Shown here: one piece after another, positions 63,100-64,000 of the stretch
How the letters are laid out: the number at the start of each line of letters is the position of its first letter
How positions within the stretch are numbered: the stretch's first letter is position 1
Origin: Dipteris shenzhenensis
Lineage: Eukaryota
Length of the DNA: 64,000 bases
Direction: 5' to 3' (one strand)
Assembly: GCA_047967505.1 (NCBI GenBank)
Contig: CM106538.1
Notes under the pieces: generated by a model
The model's database searches: none
Seen by the model: only the letters and a program-made list of their open reading frames with translations
Told to the model about the DNA's origin: nothing
Position numbers and translations under genes: made by a program

Positions 63100-64000
63100 G
63101 CTTGTTGCTGCAGACCTGTGCATGCCCCATCCACGCACCAATCCAATGGAAGGGGTATAGGGGCAAAGAGAGCTCGCACTGAAGAGACGGTTGAGGTGAG
63201 TATGCATGGAGAACATGATCTGCATGGCTCTTCCTCCAAGGAGAGCACTGAAGACAAGAGTGTGGGAGATCATGACAAGCAAGACACCTCGACGTATCTC
63301 AAGGTGGTCTCTAAGAAGCTACAGGCAAGCTTTTCTCTCCTTGAGGAGGACGAAGCAAAAAACTACTTCAGGCAGAGGTGGCGTGATGAGCTAGGGAGGC
63401 ATCGAATAAACCTTGGTTTGAACAGGATCGGAATCATGCAATGGCATGTGAACTCCAAGTCAATGATGTCAAACCAGAGCTGGAGCACATGGCGAGAGGG
63501 GGGGTATATCTATTCTTTATAGGAAGGGTGCCTAGTATTGAAGAACTGGAACAGTTCCTTGCTTTTGAGTGCGATATGCCGACTAATGTATATGTGGCTA
63601 AGTTTGTGGGTAGGGGCCTCTACTTGGTGCCCTGTGTATCAAAGGCTCTCAGAAATGATATTCTCGAATGCTCCTTTGTGTTCGTTGGTGCCTTAGTTTT
63701 CATTAGTGGACAGATTAATGAAGGGGTGCAAGGTGTTATAGTTCTATATCCTGGAATGTGAGGGGTTGCTGCAACATCAACAAACAGAAAGGTTGCATGT
63801 CGATATTCAAGAATTTAAAGCCGGATATAATTCTATTACAAGAAGTTAAATGCAGTTCACAAGATTCATTTTGGTTCACTTGCAAGCAATTCGGGATCGA
63901 TGCATATGTGAATTGTCCACACAGAGGCAGAGGGTGTGCAATAGTCCTAGTTTCTAGTAAGTTTAGGTCCAATATAGTGGCAACCAATGAAGAAGGTTGC
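63100..64000 (+). mobile_element. L1-type LINE 5' part: ORF1 remnant (DUF4283-like) and start of the ORF2 AP endonuclease, running off the window
   Basis: FFIGRVPS...KFVGRGLYLV...LRNDIL (ORF1); from 63746 ISWNVRG...PDIILLQEVK...GRGCAIVLVS (APE motifs), open to the window end. Confidence 0.8.

Overview
Eukaryotic land-plant DNA (fern-like by inference from element style, not provable here), dominated by nested and rearranged LTR retrotransposons. One clear host gene is present: the first two coding exons of U1 snRNP 70K on the minus strand (25801-25703, 25537-25423). I could not find its next exon in the 25.4 kb downstream. That stretch holds a young Ty1/copia (2190-8549, LTRs 205/206 identical, TSD AGGTA), a Ty3/gypsy copy interrupted by a second copia (9596-15052, TSD AGTGG), and a second gypsy copy of the same family (16963-~22471). 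The right half holds two decayed copies of another copia family, CACTA and LINE fragments, a decayed Tat/Ogre-like gypsy with a long extra ORF (43585-51364), a near-complete minus-strand copia (52618-58156, TSD CTACT), a candidate MITE and the 5' part of an L1 LINE. The most interesting signals are: (1) U1-70K has two perfect GTAAGT U1-binding motifs just upstream of its ATG, while its coding donors are weak (GTGCGC and non-canonical GCGGGT), suggesting U1-sensing autoregulation; (2) a gypsy LTR is split into two halves of opposite orientation that rejoin without a gap, implying an inversion; (3) an ABRE/G-box array lies in the gypsy leader. All comparisons were made by eye, so boundaries of decayed elements are approximate.
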